NCBI GenBank assembly: GCA_965219445.1
Contig: CBDCNQ010000004.1
Location: 32,001 to 96,000, forward strand
Length of the DNA: 64,000 nt
Direction: 5' to 3'
Origin: Longimicrobiales bacterium
GTDB lineage: Bacteria > Gemmatimonadota > Gemmatimonadetes > Longimicrobiales > Gaopeijiaceae
Shown here piece by piece: positions 47,706 to 59,642 of this stretch. The notes under the pieces are model-generated. The model had not been told where the DNA came from. It made no database searches and saw only the letters and a list, made by a program, of their open reading frames with translations. Position 1 is the first letter of the stretch; each line of letters starts with the position of its first letter. Both the position numbers and the translations under genes were made by a program.

Positions 47706-49631
47706 TCAGTCCAGCGCGCGGATCTCGATCTCGCCCTTCACCTGCTCGACAAACTCGGCGCGGTCGACTACCTCCTGCTTCTTCCCGGCGCCGCGCCTGC
47801 GGACGGCCACCGTGCCGGCCTCCGCCTCGCGCTCCCCGATGACCGCCATGTAGGGGACCTTGTGCATCTCGGCGTCGCGGATGCGGTAGGAGAGCGTTTC
47901 CCGGTCGGCCAGAACGGCACGGACGCCGGCGGCTTTGAGCTGGTCCACGAAGTCCGAGGCCGAATCCTGGAAGTGCTCCGAGATGGGAAGCACTCGGACC
48001 TGCTCCGGGGCGAGCCAGATGGGGAACGCCCCCGCATAGTGCTCGACGAGCCCACCCACGAACCGCTCCATCGAGCCCACCAGCACGCGGTGGAGCATGA
48101 CGGGGCGATGGCGCTCGTTGTCCTCGCCCACGTACTCCAGCTCGAAGCGATCCGGCAGGTTGAAGTCGAGCTGAACCGTCGGGCCCTGCCACTCCCGTCC
48201 GATCGCGTCGATGAGCTTGAAGTCCAGTTTGGGCCCGTAGAACGCGCCCCCGCCCTCGTCGTACTCGAACTCTGTGCCCCGTGACTGCAGCGTATCGGCG
48301 AGCGTTTGGACGGCCGAGTCCCACTGCTCGTCGGTGCCCAGCGCCTTCTCCTCCGGCTTGGTCGCCAACGCAATCGAGTAGGGATAGCCGAAGGTGCTCA
48401 GAATCTCGTCGACCAGATCCAGCAGGCGCTCGATCTCATCGGGGACCTGATCGGGGGTGCAGAAGACGTGGGCGTCGTCCTGGGTGAAGCCGCGCACGCG
48501 GAGCATTCCGTGGAGCACGCCGCTCCGCTCGTATCGGTAACAGGTGCCGAACTCCGCCATCCGGATCGGCAGGTCGCGGTAGGAGCGCTGCTGAGACTCG
48601 TAGATGGCGATGTGCCCGGGACAGTTCATAGGCTTCGGGCGGTACGCGCCACCCTCCATTTCGAAAGCGCCGAACATCCCCTCCTTGAAGTTCTCGAGGT
48701 GCCCGGAGATCTCGAAAATGCGCTCGCTCATGACGTGTGGCGTATACACCAGATCGTAACCGTGCCGGAGGATCAGTTCCTGCTCGAATTGCTCGATCTC
48801 GCTCCGAATGATCGCGCCCTTGGGGTGCCAGAGGATCAGGCCCGGGCCGACGCGGGCGTCGGTCGAGAAGAGGTCGAGCTCACGCCCCAAGACACGGTGG
48901 TCCCGCTTCTTGGCCTCCTCTAGACGCTCCAGGTGCTCGGTGAGATGCGCCTTCTTGAAGAAGGCAGTCCCGTAGATGCGTTGCAGCATCTGGCGCTTCT
49001 CGTCGCCTCGCCAATACGCTCCCGCCCCCGAAAGGAGCTTGAAGTGCTTGAGGCTGCCCGTCGACGGGACGTGCGGGCCCCGGCACAGGTCGAGGAACGG
49101 TCCGTCCTGATAGACCGTGATGATCTCGTCCTCCGAAAATTCTTCCAGGCGCTCCAGTTTCAGGGGATCGTCGGCGAAGAGCTCACGGGCCTCTTCCACG
49201 CTCACGACGCGCCGCTCGAACCCGTAATCCGCCTTCACGACCTCCGCCATCTTGGCCTCGAAAGTTTCGAGGTCAGCAGGCGTAAACGGTTCTAGTACAT
49301 CGAAATCGTAATAGAACCCATCGTCGATTGCGGGTCCGAATCCGATGCCGGCACCCGGTCGGAGCTCCCGCACGGCCGTCGCGAGGACATGCGCGGCGGA
49401 GTGCCGCAGAACGGCCAGAGCGTCGTCATCACGCTCGGTCAGAATGCGGACGGTGGCATCCCCGGAGAGAAGAGTGCCCAGGTCGACCGTCTCGCCGTTG
49501 ATCTGCCCTGCGACCGCAGCCTTGGCCAGGCCGGGACCGATCGCAGCAGCGACATCGCCGATTGAAGATTCGGGCGGGACTTCGAGGACCGTCCCGTCCG
49601 GGAGGGTCACGTTGATCATGGGGGCGGACAT
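47706..49631 (-). CDS. thrS: Threonine-tRNA ligase
   Basis: TGS domain, HSAAH, DLCRGPH, KPMNCP, RVRGFTQDD. Confidence 0.98.
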   Translation of the reverse strand: MSAPMINVTLPDGTVLEVPPESSIGDVAAAIGPGLAKAAVAGQINGETVDLGTLLSGDATVRILTERDDDALAVLRHSAAHVLATAVRELRPGAGIGFGPAIDDGFYYDFDVLEPFTPADLETFEAKMAEVVKADYGFERRVVSVEEARELFADDPLKLERLEEFSEDEIITVYQDGPFLDLCRGPHVPSTGSLKHFKLLSGAGAYWRGDEKRQMLQRIYGTAFFKKAHLTEHLERLEEAKKRDHRVLGRELDLFSTDARVGPGLILWHPKGAIIRSEIEQFEQELILRHGYDLVYTPHVMSERIFEISGHLENFKEGMFGAFEMEGGAYRPKPMNCPGHIAIYESQQRSYRDLPIRMAEFGTCYRYERSGVLHGMLRVRGFTQDDAHVFCTPDQVPDEIERLLDLVDEILSTFGYPYSIALATKPEEKALGTDEQWDSAVQTLADTLQSRGTEFEYDEGGGAFYGPKLDFKLIDAIGREWQGPTVQLDFNLPDRFELEYVGEDNERHRPVMLHRVLVGSMERFVGGLVEHYAGAFPIWLAPEQVRVLPISEHFQDSASDFVDQLKAAGVRAVLADRETLSYRIRDAEMHKVPYMAVIGEREAEAGTVAVRRRGAGKKQEVVDRAEFVEQVKGEIEIRALD

Positions 49632-49935
49632 CGCAGACCTTCCTCGGCGTCCGGAAGGAAGAGCGCCGGTCCCCTCCCCTACGGTAGGACGAGATCGGCT
49701 CGAACGGGGGGAAGCTACCGGTTCAGTCGCGGGGGATAAAGGGCATGAAGCTCATCGAGCCGTAGGTAGTCGCCGCGCTGGGTCAGCGAAACGCAGCAGC
49801 TGCGGCGAGTTCCGCGGAAACTGTGGTCGAGACCCATGGATCGAGCGCCTCATGAGCCGCTGCCTCGATCGCCCATGGGATGTCGCGATCCCGCTTCCAC
49901 TTGGGCGCTCCACTCCAGCCCGATGGGATCCATCT

Positions 49936-50098
49936 TCAGGGCAGAAGCCGTTTGACCGCGCGCCGTGTGTAGAAGAGCCCGACGCCGGTTCCCACTGCGC
50001 TCACAATGAACGCGGTGAAGAAGGAAACCTGCGCGCCGGAGCGCCCAGCCGATCCATCCACCTACCGACATCCCGAAAAGATTGAGGAACCCCTTCAT
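49936..50098 (-). pseudogene. Small 2-TM protein with a +1 frameshift
   Basis: Removing one C near 50039 gives MKGFLNLFGMSVGGWIGWALGAQVSFFTAFIVSAVGTGVGLFYTRRAVKRLLP. Confidence 0.65.
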
Positions 50099-50266
50099 GA
50101 AGTCCGGCTCCGAGGTGTCTCGCGGTCGTTACTATTGCTCATTGGCTTCGGCGTCAGTGACGATCGACTGACCCCTTCGACTCCCCTACACCCCCACGCC
50201 CACGCGCCCTCACGCTCACGCGTTCACCAGCTTATACGCCCACCAGCTCACACGCCCACTAGCCCA

Positions 50267-50359
50267 CGCCCCGAGGCCCCTGCCCCCTCACGTTGACGGG
50301 CCGCGGCGAAGCCGTGGAGCGAAGCGTCGGCGGAGTGAGGGCGCAGGGGCCTCGGGGCG
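50267..50359. repeat. 25-bp inverted repeat (REP/MITE-like) downstream of groEL
   Basis: 50267-50291 vs 50335-50359, 24/25 match. Confidence 0.75.
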
Positions 50360-50402
50360 CCAGGAAGGTCCATCGCGCCTCAAAAAAGGGCTGTCCGGCT
50401 TC

Positions 50403-52037
<1,635 letters not shown>

Positions 52038-52096
52038 CTATTTACTCCTGTGTATGATGCTTGAGAATTCTGTTGTCTTCATTCGAACGCGGCGGA

Positions 52097-52402
52097 TTAG
52101 CCGAGAACGGCCAGGATGTCCGACTCGCGCAGGATGAGGTAGTCCTCGCCCTCTACAGTGACTTCCGTTCCACTGTACTTGCCGTAGAGAACCGTCTGGC
52201 CGACCTCGACGTCGGGCTCGATTCTCACGCCCTCCTCGGAGAGCTTGCCCGCCCCCACGGCGACGATCGTGCCGGACTGGGGCTTTTCCTTGGCCGTGTC
52301 CGGGATGTACAGGCCTCCACGCATTTGCTCCTCTTCTTCGAGGGGCGACACCACCACGCGATCCGCCAACGGCTTGACGTTGACCGCAGTCTTATTAGCC
52401 AT
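52097..52402 (-). CDS. groS: Co-chaperonin GroES
   Basis: [21 protein letters not shown]. Confidence 0.99.
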   Translation of the reverse strand: MANKTAVNVKPLADRVVVSPLEEEEQMRGGLYIPDTAKEKPQSGTIVAVGAGKLSEEGVRIEPDVEVGQTVLYGKYSGTEVTVEGEDYLILRESDILAVLG

Positions 52403-52451
52403 CCGTAACGCCTCCTACTAATTAGTTGATATTATTGGCTTTAGGAGATTA

Positions 52452-52478
52452 CCAGCACTCTACCTCCATGAGTGCTAG
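52452..52478 (-). promoter_or_regulatory. CIRCE (HrcA operator)
   Basis: CTAGCACTC-N9-GAGTGCTGG upstream of groES. Confidence 0.92.
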
Positions 52479-52484
52479 CGCCCT

Positions 52485-52512
52485 AAAGTAGTCATCTGCC
52501 CACGCATGTCAA
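52485..52512 (-). promoter_or_regulatory. Sigma70 promoter of groESL
   Basis: TTGACA-16 bp-TACTTT immediately upstream of CIRCE. Confidence 0.75.
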
Positions 52513-52533
52513 CGGGAGTGTGACCGCGGATTT

Positions 52534-53310
52534 CTACCCGCGAATCGTCCTCCCCGCCAGGGCGAGGCCGAAGAGCGTGAGGAAGGGTTCGATGTGGTCG
52601 ACGGTCTCGGCGTGGGGGCCCACGATCGTGGCGTATCCGCCCGTCGCGACCACATAGACGTCTTCCCGCTCCCACTCCTTCAGGATCCGCCGAACGATCC
52701 CATCCACGGCATCGACCGCCGAGAAGAATACGCCGCTTTGGATGCATGCCTCAGTGCGTCGACCGATCACGCTCTCAGGCGGTGTCAGCTCGACCCGAGG
52801 GAGTTTGGCGGTCTTCCTACCGAGCCATTCGAGCCCGGACTGAAGACCCTGGGCGATCACACCGCCGACGAAGACGCCATCGGCGGTGATGCAGTCGAAC
52901 GTGGTGGCGGTCCCGAGGTCGACGGCGATCGTGTCCCGTCCATACATCTCCTTGGCCGCGAGCGTGTTTACGATGCGGTCGGCACCGACAGTGAGCGGCT
53001 CATCGACGTCCAGCTGAATCGGCAACGGGCTCCGCGCGTCTACCACGATGGGCGACTCTCCCACCATCTGCTCGAGTGTATCTGCGAGGATTCGCGTCGT
53101 AGAGGGCACGACCGAACCTAGGACGGCCATCGTCAGGTCGTCGGGGGAAATTCCGCCGGAGCTCAGTAGTGAGCGCAGCAGGAGCCCGTATTCATCGGAC
53201 GTGCGGGGAATCGGCGTGCTCAACCGCCAGTTGGCGCGCAGATCCAGTGTTCCGGGATCCACGACACCGAGCACGGTCTCGCTGTTTCCCACATCGATGA
53301 CGAACTCCAT
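52534..53310 (-). CDS. coaX: Type III pantothenate kinase
   Basis: IDVGNS, VGADR, VDLGTATT, ATGG. Confidence 0.95.
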   Translation of the reverse strand: MEFVIDVGNSETVLGVVDPGTLDLRANWRLSTPIPRTSDEYGLLLRSLLSSGGISPDDLTMAVLGSVVPSTTRILADTLEQMVGESPIVVDARSPLPIQLDVDEPLTVGADRIVNTLAAKEMYGRDTIAVDLGTATTFDCITADGVFVGGVIAQGLQSGLEWLGRKTAKLPRVELTPPESVIGRRTEACIQSGVFFSAVDAVDGIVRRILKEWEREDVYVVATGGYATIVGPHAETVDHIEPFLTLFGLALAGRTIRG

Positions 53311-53351
53311 GTCACGCTCCTCCACGCCGATTCATTTTTCCTAGACTCGGT

Positions 53352-54203
53352 TCACTTGGACCCCGGTCCCGTACCTCTCCCGGTCTCGACCGCCGTCACA
53401 CCCCCCGCTCGAATCTCCTCGACTCGGTCCCCGACCTCGACCAAGAGCGCCCCGTCCGCCCCGATGCCGATGGCCTTCCCTGCGATCCCCAACTCGGTTT
53501 GCACCGTTCGGCCCGTCAAGGTATCGCGCTCTCGGACCTCCCGCCTCAACGGCTCGTCGAGCAGGGCCAGGGGTGGATCCACTAGGGAACGCGCGGATGA
53601 CAGGAGCTCACCGGCGACCCTCGATCGACTCACGCCCCTGCACCCGGCCATGTCCATCGACGCTGCACGTTCCTTCAAGTCGGGACTGAAGTCCTCGATC
53701 CCCTGCCGAAGGTTGAGACCGACCCCGACAACGACCACTCCGGTCCCCGCACCTTCGCAAAGGATTCCGCCGAGTTTTCGGCCCTCAACCTCGATGTCGT
53801 TCGGCCATTTGATCCCTGGCCGTAGCGACGGACAGAGCCGCTCAAGGGCGCGGCTGGCGGCCAAGCCCACGAGGATCGGGATGAGCGTCGGGGAAACGTC
53901 CGACTCACCCCGCACGAGAAAGGAGATCCACAGGCCCATCCCCCCCGGGGACTCCCAGCGCTTTCCGCCACGTCCCTTCCCCGCGGTCTGGGAGTCGGCG
54001 GTCACCACCGTGAAGTGGGCGGCGCCAGCCTCCGCCAGAGCGCGCAGACGATCGTTGGTGGAGGGAAGCTCCTCGTAGGCCTCAACGTGCGGAACGCCCC
54101 AGCGGCGCGCCCACTCCTCGACCGGTTTGCCCTCCCAGCGTTCGAGGGCGCCAGGAACTCTGGGACCTCCGGGCGCGGTGATCCCCCGCACGGGCCGAGT
54201 CAC
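53352..54203 (-). CDS. birA: Biotin-protein ligase (no HTH)
   Basis: STND, QTAGKGR, KWPND, KLGGILCE. Confidence 0.92.
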   Translation of the reverse strand: MTRPVRGITAPGGPRVPGALERWEGKPVEEWARRWGVPHVEAYEELPSTNDRLRALAEAGAAHFTVVTADSQTAGKGRGGKRWESPGGMGLWISFLVRGESDVSPTLIPILVGLAASRALERLCPSLRPGIKWPNDIEVEGRKLGGILCEGAGTGVVVVGVGLNLRQGIEDFSPDLKERAASMDMAGCRGVSRSRVAGELLSSARSLVDPPLALLDEPLRREVRERDTLTGRTVQTELGIAGKAIGIGADGALLVEVGDRVEEIRAGGVTAVETGRGTGPGSK

Positions 54204-54204
54204 T

Positions 54205-54993
54205 TTACCCGACCGTGACAAGGTAGATGAGGAAGGCAGTCCCAAGGGCCCAGCAGTAAATGGCAAAGCGGTGGAAGGTCTTGCGCAGCAACAGAGCCAC
54301 GAAGGCCTTGATCGCCAATACTCCAGTGACGGCAGCCACGATGGAGCCCGAGGCCAGAGCCGTGCCCGAGAGGGTCAGCCCCTGCGATGCGAGCTCCGGA
54401 ACCTGGAACACTGCAGCCCCCGCGATCGCCGGGATTGCCATGAGGAAGGAAAATGCGGCGGCCTCTTCGGCGGCTATCCCGAGCCACAGCGCCATCGCCA
54501 CTGTCGTCCCCGAACGGGAGATGCCGGGCACCAGAGCGAACGCCTGGGCGAGGCCAATCAAGAGGGCCATGGCCCAGGTTGGTGACTTCCAGACCTCCCG
54601 CCCGAGCACCCGGCGCGTGCTCCACAGGATCGCGCCGGTCACGAAGAAGGCGGTCGCCGGAACGAACGGACTCTCGAACAACCCCTCGATTGCGTCCCCG
54701 AAAAAAACGCCGACGATCCCCGCAGGAAGCGTTGCGAGGGCGAGCAGCCCGACGTAACGCCAAGCTTTTCCGTCTCGCCGAAGCGTACCGTACAACAAGT
54801 CGACGAGACGGCCCCGATACATCACGAGCACGGAAATCAGCGTGGCCACATGTACGGCGACCTCGAACTGCACGCCCCGAATTTCCAAGCCGAGCAGCGT
54901 CTGGCCGACCACCAGGTGCCCGGAGCTCGAAATCGGTAGGAATTCGGTCGCTCCCTGGAGAGCCCCGAGGAGGACCGCTTCCCAAACGCTCAC
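54205..54993 (-). CDS. uppP: Undecaprenyl-diphosphatase
   Basis: TEFLPISSSGH, PGISRSG. Confidence 0.96.
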   Translation of the reverse strand: MSVWEAVLLGALQGATEFLPISSSGHLVVGQTLLGLEIRGVQFEVAVHVATLISVLVMYRGRLVDLLYGTLRRDGKAWRYVGLLALATLPAGIVGVFFGDAIEGLFESPFVPATAFFVTGAILWSTRRVLGREVWKSPTWAMALLIGLAQAFALVPGISRSGTTVAMALWLGIAAEEAAAFSFLMAIPAIAGAAVFQVPELASQGLTLSGTALASGSIVAAVTGVLAIKAFVALLLRKTFHRFAIYCWALGTAFLIYLVTVG

Positions 54994-56141
54994 CCGCGCG
55001 AGTCCAGTTTGAGCCGGTGCGTTTCGATGACGCGCCGGCAGTATTCCTCGTACACGGGCACCACGCGCTCCGCCGAAAAACGCTCGACGGCCACAGCACG
55101 GCCTGCCTCACTAAACGCCTTCCACCGGTCCGGGTCACTCAGGAGCTCCATGGCCCCAGCCGTCATGCCGTCCACGTCACCGGGCTCGAGGAGGTATCCG
55201 GCTTCGGCGTGTGGCACGACTTCGGGCAAGCCGCCCACGTTCGACGCCACGACCGGCGCGCCGGAGGCCATCGCTTCCAGTGCGGCGAGGCCGAAGGATT
55301 CGGACTCGCTCGGCAACAGAAACAGGTCGGCGCACGGCAGGAGCTCCTCTACCGCGCCGTGCTTGCCCAGGAAGGACACACGCTCCTCCACGCCGAGGGC
55401 CTGCGCCGCCTCGATGGCACGAGGCCGCTCGGGTCCATCGCCGATCATGATCAAGCGGGCAGGCATCCGTTCGGCCACGCCGGCAAACACCTTCACCACG
55501 TCCCAAACGCGTTTCACGGGCCGGAAGTTCGAGACGTGCATGATGATTTTCTCCCCCGGCTCGGCGAGCGTATCACGGCGGCAGGGCTCTTTGCCGGGCT
55601 CATATACGTCCGTGTCGAGAAAGTTCGGGATCACCTCGATGGCATCCGCCGCCACACCGAAGTCACGGACGGTCTCGTCCTTGAGGAAGTGAGACACGCT
55701 GGTGATCCCCTCCGACCGGAGGATCGAAAAACGAGTGATCGCCTGGAAAGACGGGTGGATCCCCACCAACGTGATGTCCGTGCCGTGAAGGGTGGTCACT
55801 ACCGGTGGCCCCTCGATACCGAGCATCTGTTGAGCGATCCAGGCCGACGTGGCGTGGGGAATCGCGTAATGAACGTGGATCAGGTCCAGGTCGTAGGTGA
55901 GCGCGGCGTCGTGCAGCGCGACCGCGAGAGCCAACGTGTACGGAGGATGCTCAAAAAGGGGATACTGCTCCATCTCCACTTCGTGGAAAAACACCCGCTC
56001 GTGAAAATGTCCCAGGCGGAAGGGCTGGGCGTAGGACACGAAGTGGACCTCGTGGCCCCGCTCAGCGAGCTCTATACCCAGCGCCGTGGCCACGGCACCG
56101 GAGCCACCGTACGTCGGATAACACGTCACCCCGATTTTCAT
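54990..56141 (-). CDS. bshA: N-acetylglucosaminyl-L-malate synthase
   Basis: CYPTYGGSG, HVHYAIPH, TLHGTDITLVG, SNFRPVKR. Confidence 0.93.
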   Translation of the reverse strand: MKIGVTCYPTYGGSGAVATALGIELAERGHEVHFVSYAQPFRLGHFHERVFFHEVEMEQYPLFEHPPYTLALAVALHDAALTYDLDLIHVHYAIPHATSAWIAQQMLGIEGPPVVTTLHGTDITLVGIHPSFQAITRFSILRSEGITSVSHFLKDETVRDFGVAADAIEVIPNFLDTDVYEPGKEPCRRDTLAEPGEKIIMHVSNFRPVKRVWDVVKVFAGVAERMPARLIMIGDGPERPRAIEAAQALGVEERVSFLGKHGAVEELLPCADLFLLPSESESFGLAALEAMASGAPVVASNVGGLPEVVPHAEAGYLLEPGDVDGMTAGAMELLSDPDRWKAFSEAGRAVAVERFSAERVVPVYEEYCRRVIETHRLKLDSRG

Positions 56142-56213
56142 GCGATCATTCACCCTTCCCGTCGTGATCCGTCTATCGCTCAGGCCGTGATTCGTCTATC
56201 GGTCAGGCCGTGA

Positions 56214-57155
56214 CTAGTCCATTGCACGTGCTCTGGTCTGCCAGGCCGCCACCACCCCGGCCACCTGCGTGTCCAAGGTTTGGGAAGTATCGACGTGCAT
56301 CGTGTCTTCCGGTAGTTGGTGCCGGAACCATGTGAGCTGCCGGCGCGCGTACTGTCTCGTTTGAGACCGCATCCGGTCGAGGGCCTCCTCCAGCGTCATG
56401 TCCCCGCAGAGGTGAGCGGTGACTTCCCGGTAACCCGTGCCACTCATCCCCGGATCGTCGGGCCCATACCCCTTCTCCAGCAAGCCCCTCACCTCATCGA
56501 CCAGCCCGTCGACCACCATCCGGGCTACCCGCGCGTCGATGCGCCGGTCCAGCTCCTCGCGGTCCCTGTCGAGTACGACGATCAGCCCGCTGAGGGACTC
56601 GTCGTCGGGCGTGCCCTTTGAGTGCCACCACGAGAGTGGGCGACCCGTGAGAAGCGCCACCTCGATGGTCCGGCCGAGACGCTGGGGACCTCCCTCACGG
56701 GCGAGATCCGTACGGTCGGAGTCCAGCGCCCCGACCCAGCGCTCCAATTCGGTCCTGGACCGCGTGGCCATGAAGCCGCGAAGAGCGTCCAGACGCGCCG
56801 CATCGATGTCCGGTTGCTCGAAGATCGGATCCGTCAGGGACCGCAGAAACAGACCCGTGCCCCCGACCAAGAGAGGAACGCGCCCTCGCTCGGAGATCTC
56901 TTGGATCCAGCGGCGGGCATCCCGGCCGAACTGCCCGGCGCTATAGAACTCGTCGGGGTCGCGGAGATCGAGGCCGTGGTGGGGCACTCGGTCTCGGTGT
57001 GCCGTCGAAACCTTGTCCGTGCCGATGTCCATCCCCCGGTAGATCTGTCGGGAGTCCATGCAAATGATTTCGCCGTCCAGAGCCTCCGCGACCGCGATCG
57101 AGAGCTGCGTCTTCCCGGAGGTCGTCGGCCCCGTGATCGCCAGGAAGTCTCTCAC
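56214..57155 (-). CDS. miaA: tRNA dimethylallyltransferase
   Basis: GPTTSGKT, DSRQIY, GGTGL, YARRQLTW. Confidence 0.96.
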   Translation of the reverse strand: MRDFLAITGPTTSGKTQLSIAVAEALDGEIICMDSRQIYRGMDIGTDKVSTAHRDRVPHHGLDLRDPDEFYSAGQFGRDARRWIQEISERGRVPLLVGGTGLFLRSLTDPIFEQPDIDAARLDALRGFMATRSRTELERWVGALDSDRTDLAREGGPQRLGRTIEVALLTGRPLSWWHSKGTPDDESLSGLIVVLDRDREELDRRIDARVARMVVDGLVDEVRGLLEKGYGPDDPGMSGTGYREVTAHLCGDMTLEEALDRMRSQTRQYARRQLTWFRHQLPEDTMHVDTSQTLDTQVAGVVAAWQTRARAMD

Positions 57156-58867
57156 CGCCCGAATTTCCTCTCCAGCTCGCTCTTGCTCAGGCGGACGATG
57201 GTCGGGCGGCCATGCACGTCGTGGTATGGCAGCTCGGTGGCGAAAAGCTGGTCGCACAGGTCCTGCATCTCACCCTCACTCAACGCCTGGCCGGCCTTGA
57301 TCGCCCCCTTGCAGGCGAAAGTCATGGCAATCTTCTCGTGCTGATTCTTGGCGGAGCGGGTGAGATCCGATCCCTCGACCAGGTCGTCGATCATCTCGCG
57401 GAGGCATCGCTCCGGATCGAAGTAGGGATGTGGATCAGGAACGGCTTGGACGATGATCGTGTTGCCGCCGAAGCCCTCGATCTCAAAGCCCACGCGGTTG
57501 AGGATGCCGCTCAGGGCCTCCACCTGCTCGTACTCGCCCTTGGAGAGGCGAATGGTGAGCGGGAAGAGGAGCCTTTGGCCGGTCTGCCCGCTCTCCTCGA
57601 AGGCGCGGCTCAGGCGTTCGAACAGGATTCGCTCATGGGCCGAGTGCTGGTCGATGATGATCAGACCCTCGCGCGTCTCCGCTAGGACATAGGTGTTCAG
57701 GACCTGCCAGAGGCGGGGCCGCTCCTCGACCACAGGGATAGGCTCGACAGCCGCGTCCGCAGAAAGAAACAGGGCGGTCTGCCTCTCCGCGTCGGACTTG
57801 TCGGCGCGTGGAGGACTCGGCTCACGGACCACGAGCCGGGGCGACTCCAGCTGTGTGTCCAAGGTGGCCGCACTCGCCTCCGACGTGAGAGCCGCCCGAA
57901 CCGCTTCCTCGACCAAGGACTCCACCGCCGCGGCGTCCCGAAAACGCACCTCGGCTTTGGCGGGATGCACGTTCATGTCCACGGTGCCGGTTGGCATGTG
58001 CAGGTAGAGGAACGCCCACGGCCGGACCCTCTCCGGAATCGTAGTGCGATACCCGCGATCCACGGCCGCGAGCAGTGGACGGCTGCGAAACGGTCTCCCA
58101 TTCACAAAGAGGTGAGCCCGCCGAAATCCGCTCTTGGCCGCATCTGGCCGTTGGATCAGACCACGTACCTGGATGCCGTCGGGGGCGGTGGAGAGAGCGA
58201 TCAGCGTGTTGGCCGCTTCCCTCCCCCAGAGTGTCGCTACGCGCGCCGTCAAATCCGCAGCCGGAGGCAGCTCGAGCAGGATCCGTCCGCCGGAAGTGAG
58301 GCCAAAGCCGACCGACGCGTTCGCAAGAGAGAGAACGCTCACGACGTCACTCACGGCGCGAGCCTCCGCCCCGACCGCCTTCAAGAACTTCGACCGGGCA
58401 GGTGCGTTGAAGAACACATTGGAAACCTCGACGGTCGTGCCCCGCCTTCGAGAAACGTCATCCACGCCCGTGATCGTCCCACCCTTGACGCGAACCCGGG
58501 TGCCCAGCGGGTCTGACGCTCCCCTCGTCTCGAGCGTCATGCGCGACACCGCGGCGATGGAGGGGAGCGCTTCTCCCCGAAAGCCGAAGGTCCCCACCGA
58601 TTGCAGGTCCGTGGCAGCGCGGATCTTGCTGGTGGCATGCCTGTCAAGAGAGAGAAGCGAGTCCTCCCGGCCCATGCCGACCCCATTATCGGTCACGCGG
58701 ATGCGTCCCTTTCCACCGCGCTCGATGTCGATGTCGATGCGCGTCGCCCCGGCGTCCAGGGCGTTCTCGATCAGTTCCTTTACGACAGACGCGGGCCGCT
58801 CCACTACCTCGCCGGCGGCGATCTGGTTTGCCACCAGATCCGGAAGGACCTCAATCGTGCGCGGCAT
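57152..58867 (-). CDS. mutL: DNA mismatch repair endonuclease MutL
   Basis: IAAGEVVERP, GFRGEAL, DQHSAHER. Confidence 0.97.
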   Translation of the reverse strand: MPRTIEVLPDLVANQIAAGEVVERPASVVKELIENALDAGATRIDIDIERGGKGRIRVTDNGVGMGREDSLLSLDRHATSKIRAATDLQSVGTFGFRGEALPSIAAVSRMTLETRGASDPLGTRVRVKGGTITGVDDVSRRRGTTVEVSNVFFNAPARSKFLKAVGAEARAVSDVVSVLSLANASVGFGLTSGGRILLELPPAADLTARVATLWGREAANTLIALSTAPDGIQVRGLIQRPDAAKSGFRRAHLFVNGRPFRSRPLLAAVDRGYRTTIPERVRPWAFLYLHMPTGTVDMNVHPAKAEVRFRDAAAVESLVEEAVRAALTSEASAATLDTQLESPRLVVREPSPPRADKSDAERQTALFLSADAAVEPIPVVEERPRLWQVLNTYVLAETREGLIIIDQHSAHERILFERLSRAFEESGQTGQRLLFPLTIRLSKGEYEQVEALSGILNRVGFEIEGFGGNTIIVQAVPDPHPYFDPERCLREMIDDLVEGSDLTRSAKNQHEKIAMTFACKGAIKAGQALSEGEMQDLCDQLFATELPYHDVHGRPTIVRLSKSELERKFGR

Positions 58868-58869
58868 AT

Positions 58870-59634
58870 TCAAGACCGGAGTGCGTAAAAACGTTCGGCG
58901 TTCTCCGCCGTGGCTTCGGCAACAGCTCCAACATCCTCGCTCCGGATGTCGGCCAGCGCCGCCACCACATGCGTAACGAAGGCTGGCTCATTCCGCTTTC
59001 CCCGACGCGGAACCGGCGCCAGGTATGGCGCGTCCGTCTCGGCCAGCAAGCGGTCGCCCGGGACGGCCCGGACGGTGTCCTGACCGTCGAACTTGGAGAA
59101 TGTAATGATCCCCGCAAACGACACGTAGCAACCCTCCTCCAGCCCCACCTCCAACAGCTCCATGCTTCCCGTATAGCAGTGGAGCACCTTGCGAACCGAT
59201 GCAGGAGCGTTCCGGAGAACCGCAATCGTATCGTCTTCCGCTTCCCGCGTGTGAATCACGACCGGAAGATCGAGGTCGGCAGCGGCCTCCAGTTGTGCCT
59301 CGAACCATCGCCTCTGGAGTGGGCGAGGTGAGTGATCATGGAAGTAGTCCAGGCCGGTCTCGCCGATGGCGACGACTTCCGCGTGCGTGGCGGCGAGCTC
59401 CTGGACGGCCGCGAGGTCGCCGTCCCCGGCTTCAGAGACTTCGTGCGGATGGATGCCCGCCGTCGACCAGAGCGCCGGGTGACCCCCCGCCAGGTCCGCC
59501 GCGGCCCTGGCATCCCCGAGATTCGAAGCAACCGTGACTATCCGGGTGACGCCCGCATCCAGAGCCGCGTCGAGAACGGCCGCCCGATCTTCATCGAAGC
59601 GGCCGTCCGTGAGATGGCAGTGACTGTCGAACAC
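58870..59634 (-). CDS. tatD: TatD family DNase
   Basis: DSHCH, GIHPH, GETGLD, ETDAPY. Confidence 0.93.
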   Translation of the reverse strand: MFDSHCHLTDGRFDEDRAAVLDAALDAGVTRIVTVASNLGDARAAADLAGGHPALWSTAGIHPHEVSEAGDGDLAAVQELAATHAEVVAIGETGLDYFHDHSPRPLQRRWFEAQLEAAADLDLPVVIHTREAEDDTIAVLRNAPASVRKVLHCYTGSMELLEVGLEEGCYVSFAGIITFSKFDGQDTVRAVPGDRLLAETDAPYLAPVPRRGKRNEPAFVTHVVAALADIRSEDVGAVAEATAENAERFYALRS

Positions 59635-59642
59635 CGGCCGAG

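Noticed and set aside
49632..49850. T-box leader upstream of thrS
   Set aside because: No GGTGGNACC T-box motif or terminator seen
54453..56213. Long antisense ORFs (also 33741-35093 and 35686-37110)
   Set aside because: Shadow frames of high-GC core genes with no recognisable motifs
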